Source: Spirochaetia bacterium (GTDB lineage: Bacteria; Spirochaetota; Spirochaetia; DSM-27196; Salinispiraceae). From it: DNA of 64,000 nt. This document shows positions 19,250-29,048 of this stretch, piece by piece. The notes under the pieces were generated by a model. The model saw only the letters and a program-made list of their open reading frames with translations, searched no databases and had not been told where the DNA came from. Position 1 is the first letter of the stretch; each line of letters starts with the position of its first letter. Position numbers and translations under genes: made by a program. Where the stretch lies: positions 96,001-160,000 of the forward strand of contig JBBRCZ010000004.1 in NCBI GenBank assembly GCA_038204425.1, written 5' to 3'.

Positions 19250-20821
19250 ATGGGAAGTGGTGATTCGACGAGACCGCCAAGCTTTGCAGATCTTTTTGAC
19301 GACGAGCCAAGTACCCCCGGTGGCCTAAGTGCTTCCGACCTCAAAATCAGAACATTTAAAAAATGTGAGCCGTTATCAGAGGATCCTAAACCCTACTTCA
19401 AAGACTCCGACTACTACAAAGTTCTGCTTGGCAACGAAGGCGATTCCGCCAAAAGAGTACATCAGGTCCTGCAAGAATTTATTAAGGCCGAAGATCCTCA
19501 AGAAAAATCTGTCCAACGTCAAAGACTGGTGCCTGCCTATTGGGATTTCTATGCCAGCGTAGCTAGCAAAATTGGTGGCAAGATGCCAATTCCAAAACAA
19601 CTCTTGCTACGATTCGGCATCCTCTTGCCTACGGCGATTGATGCAGATCAACGACAGATCATTTCTTCAATAATTTCTAAGAACGACAGTGGAGAACCTA
19701 TTTTCTATGCTGACGAATGGCTCAAAGAAGTGGCCTACGGTCGAGTTAGCACTAGTGCAATTGATGAAACCAAGGGCGCGCAAAAAGGCGAGGGCGTCAA
19801 ACTAAACGCTCTTATGGAAAAAACTCGCGGCCGCTACGATGCTCAGGTTTCTTTGATTACCAATATTCTTGAAGACATGAACTTAGCAGAAAAAATGTTA
19901 GTCGAACACGCGCAGAACATTGCCAATCACTATCCAAGCTCAGAATACGGCAACTTAGCCGGCCCCTACAATGACAGTCAACGCTCAAGTTTTTCGGAAG
20001 TCGCGGATATTTTGCGCCGCCTTGGTGTCAATAACCGAAAGTTACAAATTGCTTTTGGCGAATTGTCGACAGTTCAAGAACAGTTGGATGGTCTGCGAGC
20101 TCGCGGCGAGGATATGCCTGAAGACAGCGCCGCCGACGCCAAAGCCGTTGTAGAGGAAGTCAACACTGTCAAGCAAATGGCCAAGATGGCCGTCGGTAGA
20201 CAGGGCAATCACTTTCCAATGCTGTCAAAACAATACTTTAGAGGCACGCTTCGCGATATTTGTACGCGCGAAAATGCCATCAATGCCTTGTTTGACGTAG
20301 AATACCTTGACGGCGGCATTTTTCTTCGCACTTTTAAGCAACAAACGAATAGAATTGTGCCCAACATAATTCTGCTGCCATGTTACGGTGATTTTGGCGT
20401 GTGTTGGGAGCCGTTTGAACGCTTTAATCGGGCTACCAGCAGAGGCCGGATTGCGTTGCCCATGTACCCTAAAGAGCTACGGGTGGCAGTAATCGCTGCA
20501 TGTGGTGACTTGCGCTGGCAAGTTGCCAAAGAAAAAGCGCAGCATTACTGGATGGAAGAAGGACTCACTGGTTGGTACTATCAATGGTTCTCAGAACAGA
20601 AACTCAAGGGTGACGTAAAAGATAAATTTATAGAAGACTATGTTTTGTGGATAACCAAAGAAGCCGAAGGCACCCAAAAGCTGGAACGGCCGGTACGTGA
20701 AATTTTTTGGCGTTACATGCCTTTTCCACAAGAACGAAAAGACTCGCTCAAAAACCGCGGGTTCGTTTATGCGGAGCTCGCGAAAAAAGACCTCAACCGT
20801 TCAATGTCTGACGGTTACTAA
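19250..20821 (+). CDS. Conserved hypothetical protein (coiled coil plus aromatic-rich C-terminal domain)
   Basis: Long ORF. Track start 19082 lies inside the tRNA, so ATG 19250 after GAGG was chosen (start uncertain). Confidence 0.75.
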   Translation: MGSGDSTRPPSFADLFDDEPSTPGGLSASDLKIRTFKKCEPLSEDPKPYFKDSDYYKVLLGNEGDSAKRVHQVLQEFIKAEDPQEKSVQRQRLVPAYWDFYASVASKIGGKMPIPKQLLLRFGILLPTAIDADQRQIISSIISKNDSGEPIFYADEWLKEVAYGRVSTSAIDETKGAQKGEGVKLNALMEKTRGRYDAQVSLITNILEDMNLAEKMLVEHAQNIANHYPSSEYGNLAGPYNDSQRSSFSEVADILRRLGVNNRKLQIAFGELSTVQEQLDGLRARGEDMPEDSAADAKAVVEEVNTVKQMAKMAVGRQGNHFPMLSKQYFRGTLRDICTRENAINALFDVEYLDGGIFLRTFKQQTNRIVPNIILLPCYGDFGVCWEPFERFNRATSRGRIALPMYPKELRVAVIAACGDLRWQVAKEKAQHYWMEEGLTGWYYQWFSEQKLKGDVKDKFIEDYVLWITKEAEGTQKLERPVREIFWRYMPFPQERKDSLKNRGFVYAELAKKDLNRSMSDGY

Positions 20822-21111
20822 GCGCTTTTGCTGCCAGACTTCTTAGACTTAAAGCTCGGCTCTAAGTACTTCTCGAGACCAAACTTTTGATTAGCCTTTT
20901 TCATCAAAAAATTGTAGATCGGATAGGTTCCGATGATGGGGCCGAGAAATATAACGAGCACAGCTATCGTAGTGACCAGTTCATTGGCACTAGCTGCAAT
21001 AAAAGTCATGTAGATCCACAAGGGCGGTATCACAAGTAAGGCAATAATCAACAAATTGCCCAAGGTCGCCGCTATTACGAAGATCATCGAATTAATCTTT
21101 TTGTTCATCAT
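20818..21111 (-). CDS. Small two-TM membrane protein
   Basis: MNKKINSMIFVIAATLGN...; two TMs and a basic tail; follows nif3. Confidence 0.7.
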   Translation of the reverse strand: MMNKKINSMIFVIAATLGNLLIIALLVIPPLWIYMTFIAASANELVTTIAVLVIFLGPIIGTYPIYNFLMKKANQKFGLEKYLEPSFKSKKSGSKSA

Positions 21112-21144
21112 TTATAGTCCATATCCCGTTTGAGTTTATTGAGC

Positions 21145-21915
21145 TCAGAAGCCAGTCGGCAGATCTATAAAGCAGGTACTCAAGCCCAGATCTTGCGACA
21201 TTCTCTTAGCAAGCAAGCTAACACCCCAAATCTCGGTTTGATAGTGTCCACCAAAAATAACATTGATGCCGGCCTCAAGACAACGATGATAGATGGTATG
21301 GTCTGCATCCCCGGTTATAAATAGATCCACTCCTAGCGCTATTGCTTCATCAACCAAGTCGCATGCGCCACCCGAAACGATAGCCACGCTGACATTTTTT
21401 TCTTTACCAAAAGGCAGGCGCCCTAGTTCACTGCGGTCATCAGTAAACAGTCTGTCGCCTATCACTTCGATACGTTGGGGCTCTGGTAGATTTCCCACAA
21501 CGCCGATTTTTACGCCCTTGTAGGTTCCAAATTCTTGCCGATCAGTCAGCCCGAGCTGATTCGCTAGTCCGGCGTTGTTGCCAAGTTGGGGATGCATATC
21601 CAACGGTAGATGGATAGCATAGAGCGCAAGATCTTCTTTGCAAAGCAATGACACTCTATCGTAGGCATTGCCCGTAATTGGAAACATCGAGCCCCAAAAG
21701 ATGCCGTGATGAACCAAGAGCAGATCGGCCTTCCAAGAGATAGCACGTTCAAAAGTCTCCAGACATGCATCAACAGCAAAGGCAACTCTGGTGACCGTCT
21801 TGTCCAAGCGACCAAGTTGAAGGCCATTGTAGGCACTATCGATCTTCTTTAGTTCTTCTATGGGAAAAATCGATCTAAGGTACTGATCGATTTCAAGTAA
21901 AGTGACTTTGCTCAT
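21145..21915 (-). CDS. Nif3-like dinuclear metal centre protein (YbgI family)
   Basis: NGLQ, AVDA, LVHHG, HLPLDMHP.LGNN, GGHYQTE; start ATG 21915. Confidence 0.93.
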   Translation of the reverse strand: MSKVTLLEIDQYLRSIFPIEELKKIDSAYNGLQLGRLDKTVTRVAFAVDACLETFERAISWKADLLLVHHGIFWGSMFPITGNAYDRVSLLCKEDLALYAIHLPLDMHPQLGNNAGLANQLGLTDRQEFGTYKGVKIGVVGNLPEPQRIEVIGDRLFTDDRSELGRLPFGKEKNVSVAIVSGGACDLVDEAIALGVDLFITGDADHTIYHRCLEAGINVIFGGHYQTEIWGVSLLAKRMSQDLGLSTCFIDLPTGF

Positions 21916-21982
21916 TGGACCAGTATACGCCAAAGCCTTGACTGTGGAAAGAATGTTGGTTCTGGGTTACAGTCAGCCTATC

Positions 21983-24463
21983 ATGACCATTGAAAACAAG
22001 ACTGTTAGCCCCGACCATGCCAGCGTTAGCTGCCTGTTGAGTCCCGAAGCCTGTACCTTTCGTATTGACGAAACAAATATACAGTTTCAAAACAGTATAT
22101 CCTCAGACTTTGCTATCATTGGCCAAGAACGGGCAATGATGGCGATAGAGATGGCTATCAATATACGTGCAAAAGGATATAACCTTTTTGTCAGTGGACC
22201 AGCAGGCACAGGCAAGCGAACCGCTATAAAGCATGTGCTCAACAAGCTGCCTCCTGAACCAGAAAGGATGCGAGACCTGTGTTTGGCTTGCGATTTTAAG
22301 GATCCAGATGCCCCTCGTCCGCTCTACTTTCCGGCCGGAATTGCCCGAATGTTTCAGAAAGATTTGCGAGATTTTTTGCGCAACCTTTCGGCAGCCTTAC
22401 TAGAACTCAGCCACCAACCACAGTTCAGAAGCATCAAAGACAGAATTTTGATGCAAACCGAAACCGAAGAGCATCAATTGATCTTTGATTTTGAAGGTAA
22501 GTTGAGCCGAGAAGGCTTTAAGATAGTTCAGTTAGAAGGCGACGAACAAGCAAAGACCGACATATTACCTTTGATCAACGACGAAGTATCTGATTTTGAC
22601 ACTTTACAAGGCATGGTTGCCCGTGGTGAGATGAGTGAAACCGACTATTCAAAACTAAGAGAGCGACAGCTCGGCTTCATTGACGAAATGCAGGCGATTT
22701 TTGAAACCTTGCGTCGACGCCGTAAAGAAATGCAGCACTCGCTCGAAACACTGCGCAGCGAAATCATACAGCCATTTATCCATGATGGTTTAGAAACTAT
22801 TGCCTTGGCCTACGACTCTGAGGAAGTCAAAAATTTTCTCAAAGACATGGAAGAGCACCTTGACTCCAGTGGTGGATTGATAAAAAAAGGTATTGAGAGC
22901 ACTAGCGACAGCTCAGGCAAAGCGGAATCCAACGATAACCTTGACTTGCCATGGTCTGGGTCTGATGTACCTGAGCACCTAAAGCTCTACGACGTTAACG
23001 TTTTGATTGACCATAGCGATGACCCAAGCAATCCGATTCTTTTTGAGCAATACCCCGACTACCCAAAGCTTTTTGGCATCATTGAACCAAGCGCAGAAGG
23101 GAGTGATGCACGAGCAAGTCACCATTTGGTTCGTGCTGGCAGTTTGCTTAAGGCGTCGGGTGGCTACTTGGTTTTACGAGCAGAAGACTTGTTGCGTGAT
23201 GAGGATACCTACGTGGCACTTAAACGCGCCTTGCAAGAAGGTTCAGTAGAAATTCGCAATGTACCAAACTCCTACGGGCAAGGCAACCCAAGTGCCGTAA
23301 AGCCAAAGCCAATCAAAATTGATCTCAAACTAATTGTGATGGCACCAGACGGCCTCTACGAGGCCTTATTTGATCGGGATGAAGATTTTGAAAAGCTCTT
23401 TAAGGTCCCGGCCGAGTTTGACTCATCGGTCGACCGCACGGCAGCAGTTTCTCAAACCTACACCGATTTCTTATATATGATAGCCCAAGAAAACAAGCTC
23501 TTAACCCTTACCAAGTCAGCGGTCGCCGCACTGCACGAATGCGCGGTAAGGGACTCCGAGTTTCGCAATAAGCTATCCACACGTTTTTCAAGTCTGGCGG
23601 ACATTTTGCGCGAAGGCAACTACCATGCCATCAAGACTGGAGCCAAAGAAATCCACCGAGAACACATCGAATCGGCACTGCGTATAAGAGAATTTCTCTA
23701 CAATTTGCCAGAAGAAAAAATTGACGAACAAATCTTAAGTGGCGAACTACTTATACATGTAGAAGGCAGTCAAGTTGGCAGGGTCAATGGTCTTGCCGTT
23801 ATGGATCGTGGCTACTACGCATTTGGCAGGCCAACAGTTATAAGTGCCCAAGTTGCGCCTGGAAGCGATGGCGTTATAAACGTAGAACGAGAAGTGGGAC
23901 TGTCAGGCGAAATCCATGACAAGGGCACCATGATAGTCGAATCCTATATTAAGGCGATTTACGCCAAAGACTTTCCACTTTCCATTAGCGCCAGTATCTG
24001 TTTTGAGCAATCATATTCAGAGGTCGACGGTGACAGTGCCTCAAGCACCGAAGTTTATGCACTCTTGTCGTCTATCGGAAATATTCCACTTAGGCAAGAT
24101 ATTGCGGTCACAGGCTCAGTAAACCAAATGGGGCAGATCCAGCCAGTTGGTGGAGTGGTTCAGAAAATCGAAGGCTTTTACGCAGTTTGCAAAAAGGTTG
24201 GCCTCAATGGCAAACAAGGCGTAATCATTCCTCACCAGAATATTGAGAACCTTATCTTACGTGAGGATGTTCAACATGCAATCCAAACTGGCCAGTTTAG
24301 AGTTTGGGCAATTAAGACCATAGATGAAGGATTTGAAATACTTTCCCAGCTAACGGTAGGAAGAAAAAACGCCAAAGGGGTCTACCAAAGTGATAGCTTT
24401 AATGCAATAATTGAAAAAAGATTGCGGGAAATGGCGCGAATATCTAAAGAGTTTGGAAATTAG
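21983..24463 (+). CDS. Lon-like (LonC/AAA_32 + Lon_C) protease
   Basis: IIGQERA, Walker A GPAGTGKRT, GRVNGLAV, HDKG, FEQSYSEVDGDSAS (Ser), TGSVNQ, KIEG (Lys); Walker B degenerate. Confidence 0.9.
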   Translation: MTIENKTVSPDHASVSCLLSPEACTFRIDETNIQFQNSISSDFAIIGQERAMMAIEMAINIRAKGYNLFVSGPAGTGKRTAIKHVLNKLPPEPERMRDLCLACDFKDPDAPRPLYFPAGIARMFQKDLRDFLRNLSAALLELSHQPQFRSIKDRILMQTETEEHQLIFDFEGKLSREGFKIVQLEGDEQAKTDILPLINDEVSDFDTLQGMVARGEMSETDYSKLRERQLGFIDEMQAIFETLRRRRKEMQHSLETLRSEIIQPFIHDGLETIALAYDSEEVKNFLKDMEEHLDSSGGLIKKGIESTSDSSGKAESNDNLDLPWSGSDVPEHLKLYDVNVLIDHSDDPSNPILFEQYPDYPKLFGIIEPSAEGSDARASHHLVRAGSLLKASGGYLVLRAEDLLRDEDTYVALKRALQEGSVEIRNVPNSYGQGNPSAVKPKPIKIDLKLIVMAPDGLYEALFDRDEDFEKLFKVPAEFDSSVDRTAAVSQTYTDFLYMIAQENKLLTLTKSAVAALHECAVRDSEFRNKLSTRFSSLADILREGNYHAIKTGAKEIHREHIESALRIREFLYNLPEEKIDEQILSGELLIHVEGSQVGRVNGLAVMDRGYYAFGRPTVISAQVAPGSDGVINVEREVGLSGEIHDKGTMIVESYIKAIYAKDFPLSISASICFEQSYSEVDGDSASSTEVYALLSSIGNIPLRQDIAVTGSVNQMGQIQPVGGVVQKIEGFYAVCKKVGLNGKQGVIIPHQNIENLILREDVQHAIQTGQFRVWAIKTIDEGFEILSQLTVGRKNAKGVYQSDSFNAIIEKRLREMARISKEFGN

Positions 24464-24554
24464 GAAAAACATTAGAGATAATTCGAAACAATTCAACACG
24501 GTCCGTTGCGTTTCGTAAAAAAATCACTATGATGAAAGTAACAGGTTAAATGAA

Positions 24555-26042
24555 ATGAAACTGGATAAGTCTACCATTGTTCAAGCTGCGCGAAACTCTG
24601 CTCCTCTAACCATTAAGACCTATACTCTTCCGCATGATACCGAAGAGGAGCTTGAAGGAATTCTTGAAGTCTTCCTTAACGAAATGGGACAAGAAAGCAT
24701 CAAAGATGCACTCTATTACTGTTTGCGAGAACTGGCAGTAAACGCAAAGAAGGCCAACACCAAGCGCGTATTCTTTAAGGAACGCGAACTCGATCTCAGT
24801 GACGACGCCCATTATGCAGAAGGCATGATTGCCTTCAAGAGAGAAACGCTTGATAATATTGACTATTATCTGCAGAAGCAAAAAGAAGCGGGTCTCTATA
24901 TCAAGATCATTTTTCATACCCAGGGTGACTTGTTTAACCTCTACGTTTGTAATAATTCAGAGATGACCCGCAAAGAACAAATTAGGGTTTACGATCGAAT
25001 TGCCCGCTCACGCGCCTTTGAGAGCATGGAAGAGGCCTTGGCGACTGTTTTGGATGATTCCGAAGGTGCCGGTCTCGGTCTCGTTATCATGGTTCTTATG
25101 CTCAAGCGAATTGGCCTCAACGAAGATGCTTTTGATATTGACGTGGATCGAGGCGAAACCATAGCCCGCGTAAGCATTCCTATGTCACAAATCCGTAAAG
25201 ACCATGTACATGAAGTCTCGATGCAGATGATCAAGTACATTGACAATTTGCCGCAGTTTCCCGAAAATATTTCCCAATTACAGGCTAAGATTAATGACCC
25301 CGATGTAGAAATGGCCGAAGTTGCAAGAACGATAGCCATCGATCCTGCCCTCACTGCTGACTTGCTCAAATTAGTCAACTCAGCCGCGTTTATGCTACCC
25401 AAAAAAGTAGACAATATTCACGAGGCAGTAATGTTGGTCGGTTTGCGCGGCTTGCGAAACTTACTTTATTCTTACGGAACACAGAAGGTTTTAGGTGCCG
25501 AAAGTGAAAAAACCAGAGCATTGTGGCAGCACTCCTACCGCACTGCCTACTACAGCTATTCAATAGGCAAGAATATTCTGCGCAACAAGGCTATTTTGGA
25601 TGACGTATATATTGGCGGCATTCTGCATGATATGGGCAAGATAGTGTTTAGTTCGGTTCATCCTGACTTGATCAGCAACATAGAAAAATTTTGCGGCGAA
25701 AAGAACATCCCTCGCCTGCTTTTTGAAGATATGAGCGCCGGGATGAGTCATGCCGAAATCGGCGGCCTAATCGCAGAAAAATGGAATTTTCCAGAAGTCT
25801 TGGCGGACGCAATTAGACACCATCACGTGCCCCAGAATTCAAAACCACATCATAGGCAAGTGGTAAACACGGTCTATTTGGCCAATTCGCTGTGTAACTA
25901 TCGAGATAAGATTCTCACCTTTGATCAATTAGATCCTGATGTCTTGTCCGAGTTTGGTATAAAAACGCAAGAACAGTTTGTAAACTTGGAAGAAAGGCTC
26001 TACCTCGCTTTCCAAAGAGAATCACGTGCCTCAAGAGAATAG
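24555..26042 (+). CDS. HATPase-like + HDOD domain signalling protein
   Basis: N-terminal ELAVNAKKAN and EGAGLGLVIM; HDOD LPQFP, DPALTADLLKLVNSA, LWQHS, GILHDMGK, HAEIGG..AEKWNFP..IRHHH. Confidence 0.85.
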   Translation: MKLDKSTIVQAARNSAPLTIKTYTLPHDTEEELEGILEVFLNEMGQESIKDALYYCLRELAVNAKKANTKRVFFKERELDLSDDAHYAEGMIAFKRETLDNIDYYLQKQKEAGLYIKIIFHTQGDLFNLYVCNNSEMTRKEQIRVYDRIARSRAFESMEEALATVLDDSEGAGLGLVIMVLMLKRIGLNEDAFDIDVDRGETIARVSIPMSQIRKDHVHEVSMQMIKYIDNLPQFPENISQLQAKINDPDVEMAEVARTIAIDPALTADLLKLVNSAAFMLPKKVDNIHEAVMLVGLRGLRNLLYSYGTQKVLGAESEKTRALWQHSYRTAYYSYSIGKNILRNKAILDDVYIGGILHDMGKIVFSSVHPDLISNIEKFCGEKNIPRLLFEDMSAGMSHAEIGGLIAEKWNFPEVLADAIRHHHVPQNSKPHHRQVVNTVYLANSLCNYRDKILTFDQLDPDVLSEFGIKTQEQFVNLEERLYLAFQRESRASRE

Positions 26043-26064
26043 ATTCTTTTTCTGATTGCCTGGC

Positions 26065-27210
26065 TTAAAACGCTTGCCTAACTAGATCACTGACTACTTG
26101 CTGGTTGACCGAAAAAGGAACCGAGCGGATAAAAGGTAGATCTAAGGCAAGCTCACAAATTTCGGGCACCATTTCGAGCGACAGATGAAAATCTCGCAAG
26201 CGACTTGGAAGATCAAGTCTTGCAACAATGCGCCTTGCAACCTTTGAAGCCAAAAGCGACGCGTCTTCCGGACTCAGGTTGTCCACGTCTTCGCCCATAG
26301 CCTTGGCCAAGGCAGCAACTCTGTTTGGTTGATGGTTTCCATGTAGGTCAAGTACCAAGGGAACTAGGGCCGTTGCCACCCAAGACTTTGGAACTGCATA
26401 GCGACTGTTGATAGCATAGCTGAGTGCACCCCCGATGCCCTGAGTAGAAGTAGATAAGGCTAGCGAAGAAAGTAAGCCAGCCTCCGCTGCTTTTAGGCGG
26501 GGACGTATATCCTTAGGACTTTGCGAAAACTCGATCATTGCTTGGGACAGTATTTCAATAGAACGCAGTGCAAACCCATCTGACAAGAAATTTGCCTGAC
26601 TTGAGGTAAATGCCTCGATGGCTGCCAAAAACACGTCCATCATAACTACCGCATAGTACTTTGGAGAAAGACTGGTTGAAACTTTGGGGTCAAGAATAGT
26701 TACGCGTTCCATCTTGGCTGGTGAACGTAGCACAACGGGTTTGCGACGAAAGTTGTCGGTCATTACGTAGCTGGATTGGGCCAAAAAATGATCACGACAA
26801 GTCCCGGGAATCGCAATGAACGGCAACGTTTTATCACCGGGAACTTCACCAGCAAAAAAACGTTCTATACTTAAGTTAGAAGGCGCGATACTTGCGATAG
26901 TCCTAGCCACAGTTAGGGCCTTGATGCCACCAATTCCAATAACGCAATTTGGTTTACCAGCTCGGACCATACCTAAAATAGTGTGAAACACTTCACTACC
27001 GCTTGAGGCTTGTAGTTCGTCATAGACTAGGGTTTGGACATTTGATCGGGCCAATATGGAACGAAGTTGACTCATATAGGGGTTATCATGAATAGTTGCT
27101 TCTGAAATGATTACGCTACGTTCGCCAAAGCCTCGGGCAACTTCTCCGGCTTGTGAAAGGGTATCAATGCCAAAAAGTATCCGCCCAGCACTTTTAATAT
27201 CCAAAGCCAT
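26065..27210 (-). CDS. Iron-containing alcohol dehydrogenase fold protein, metal ligands apparently lost
   Basis: RILFG, VIGIGG, PFIAIPGT, ILDP, LPSRLRD; canonical His ligands absent. Confidence 0.75.
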   Translation of the reverse strand: MALDIKSAGRILFGIDTLSQAGEVARGFGERSVIISEATIHDNPYMSQLRSILARSNVQTLVYDELQASSGSEVFHTILGMVRAGKPNCVIGIGGIKALTVARTIASIAPSNLSIERFFAGEVPGDKTLPFIAIPGTCRDHFLAQSSYVMTDNFRRKPVVLRSPAKMERVTILDPKVSTSLSPKYYAVVMMDVFLAAIEAFTSSQANFLSDGFALRSIEILSQAMIEFSQSPKDIRPRLKAAEAGLLSSLALSTSTQGIGGALSYAINSRYAVPKSWVATALVPLVLDLHGNHQPNRVAALAKAMGEDVDNLSPEDASLLASKVARRIVARLDLPSRLRDFHLSLEMVPEICELALDLPFIRSVPFSVNQQVVSDLVRQAF

Positions 27211-27235
27211 AAAACCACCCCCTTTTGTTAGAGCT

Positions 27236-27271
27236 AAAAAAAAAGAGAGCCAACCATTAGGTCACCCTCTT
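27236..27271 (-). terminator. Rho-independent terminator after flgM
   Basis: Minus strand AGAGGGTGACC-TAAT-GGTTGGCTCTCT followed by a T tract. Confidence 0.65.
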
Positions 27272-27313
27272 ATTTTCGGAAAATCATGTTCCGCGATTAT
27301 AAACAGCCAACGA

Positions 27314-27598
27314 TCAATTGATCCCAAACGAATCCATCAGTCGGTCGGCAAGCGAATTAAGCAGCGTATCATTTATATAGTTAGGATCTTGTAGTTTCAA
27401 CTTAGCAGCTTCTACCTTATCCATACGAACGTCAGAAGCAGCATGTACCAAGGTATTCATCTGAAGCACTTCGGCTTTGACTCGCGCTTCGGAAGATACA
27501 GAAACCGAATCACCATCGGCACGAGCACCACGGCTAACCTTTTGGTTTTTATTGTAAGCCGATAAAGGGTCTAAGGAACCAAGTCTTTCAATGCTCAT
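27314..27598 (-). CDS. flgM: Anti-sigma28 factor FlgM
   Basis: 94 aa; DSVSVSSEA, DVRMDKVEAAKLKL..PNY; sigma28 promoter upstream. Confidence 0.88.
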   Translation of the reverse strand: MSIERLGSLDPLSAYNKNQKVSRGARADGDSVSVSSEARVKAEVLQMNTLVHAASDVRMDKVEAAKLKLQDPNYINDTLLNSLADRLMDSFGIN

Positions 27599-27632
27599 TT
27601 CTGCATGATCCTTTCCAAGTGCGATAGATTAA

Positions 27633-27659
27633 GTATCGTCCGCAACCTGCCAAAAGTTA
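27633..27659 (-). promoter_or_regulatory. sigma28 (FliA)-like promoter of flgM
   Basis: TAAC-N15-GACGATAC vs consensus TAAA-N15-GCCGATAA. Confidence 0.7.
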
Positions 27660-27718
27660 AATGAATTGTGTCCACTTAACCGAATAAAAACGGTAGACTA
27701 AGAAAAGCACCTCGATTG

Positions 27719-28480
27719 CTATTGCTCTTCAGAATCGCCCTTATAGCTATTATCCTTATATTTCGATTTTTTCTCAAGTGATTTTTTGTCGTTAGTAGCA
27801 TGAAAATCCATACTTGCCTGTATTGCTATTGCAAATTCACCCTTAATTACGGTCTTTTGCGAAAGATGCTCTAGAATTTGCGCTGGGCTACCTCGTATTA
27901 CTTCCTCATGAATCTTGGTTAGCTCTCTGGCTACGACGACTGCAGCCAAGGGATCAATTGTCAAGCAATCGCCCATCAATGCAACAATTCTAAAAGGAGA
28001 TTCGTAAACTACCGCAATATCACTGGCTAACATCAGTTCACTTAACTGTTTTCTACGCCTTCCGGACTTGGGCGATAAGAAGCCTTCAAAGGCGATTCTC
28101 TTGCCTGCCAAACCCATGACGCTGATGACTGTCGCCAAGGCAGAGGGCCCGGGGATTGGTACTACTTCAAAACCAGCGTCAACAACCGCCTGCACCAAGA
28201 TACCACCTGGATCACTTAAACCGGGTGTTCCGGCGTCGCTCACAAAGGCTACATTTTTTCCTTCGCGCAGACTTTCTATTATGCGCTTGGCACTTGGCAG
28301 TTCATTGTGACCATGGCAACTGACAAGTTGTTTGCGAATTTCATAGGCTTGCAAAAGATGCTGGGTGTGTCGCGTATCTTCGCAGGCGATAATATCGACC
28401 TCTCTAAGTGTATCGAGCGCTCGCAAACTGATGTCACGAAGATTTCCAATGGGCGTTGCTACCACGTATAAACAAGACAT
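27719..28480 (-). CDS. rsmI: 16S rRNA C1402 2'-O-methyltransferase
   Basis: LYVVATPIGNL.DIS.RA, ACEDTR, SDAGTPGLSDPG, YESPFR, ARELTKIHEE. Confidence 0.95.
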   Translation of the reverse strand: MSCLYVVATPIGNLRDISLRALDTLREVDIIACEDTRHTQHLLQAYEIRKQLVSCHGHNELPSAKRIIESLREGKNVAFVSDAGTPGLSDPGGILVQAVVDAGFEVVPIPGPSALATVISVMGLAGKRIAFEGFLSPKSGRRRKQLSELMLASDIAVVYESPFRIVALMGDCLTIDPLAAVVVARELTKIHEEVIRGSPAQILEHLSQKTVIKGEFAIAIQASMDFHATNDKKSLEKKSKYKDNSYKGDSEEQ

Positions 28481-28523
28481 AGCCGCTATGATAACGGCAA
28501 CCAATACATGATACAATCACCCC

Positions 28524-28982
28524 ATGGAAACTGCGATCGCCATCGTAATGGCCATAGTTCTTGGCGCACTCTTGCTATCGCTTATGGGCAAGAAGCCAGC
28601 TGTTCCTGCCAAACTGGGCAAATCGCAACACCAAACAAAGGCCGGGAATCTACCCGGCAAAACGTGCACCCTGTGCTTCACGGGACTCAAAGTTGGACAA
28701 ACGCTAAAAACCAAAGTGACAGAACTGCCTGCGCGGTCGGGCAACCAGATGGGCGTCAAAGAATCAATTGCGACTGTCTATGGCTGTCCCTGGTGTTGGC
28801 CAGCCAATCCAGAACATGTAAGGATCTGCCCGGCGTGCAAGTCGCACTTAGCAGCTCATGACTATGTTATCGGTCGCTACTTTGAGCGGACTGACAAACG
28901 AAACCACCTTCGTATCTTGGGCTGCACGCGGTGCCGAAACCCGATTAGCTTAAAAAGCCTACCAATTAGTAGCCTTTTGTAG
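28524..28982 (+). CDS. Membrane-anchored protein with four CxxC motifs (putative double Zn finger)
   Basis: N-terminal TM; CTLC, CPWC, CPAC, CTRC. Confidence 0.75.
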   Translation: METAIAIVMAIVLGALLLSLMGKKPAVPAKLGKSQHQTKAGNLPGKTCTLCFTGLKVGQTLKTKVTELPARSGNQMGVKESIATVYGCPWCWPANPEHVRICPACKSHLAAHDYVIGRYFERTDKRNHLRILGCTRCRNPISLKSLPISSLL

Positions 28983-29048
28983 TTCTCTTTCGTTCTACGA
29001 CAGACTTGCGTCTTGAAGTCTGCAAAAGCCCTGAGGTAATCTCTTTGC

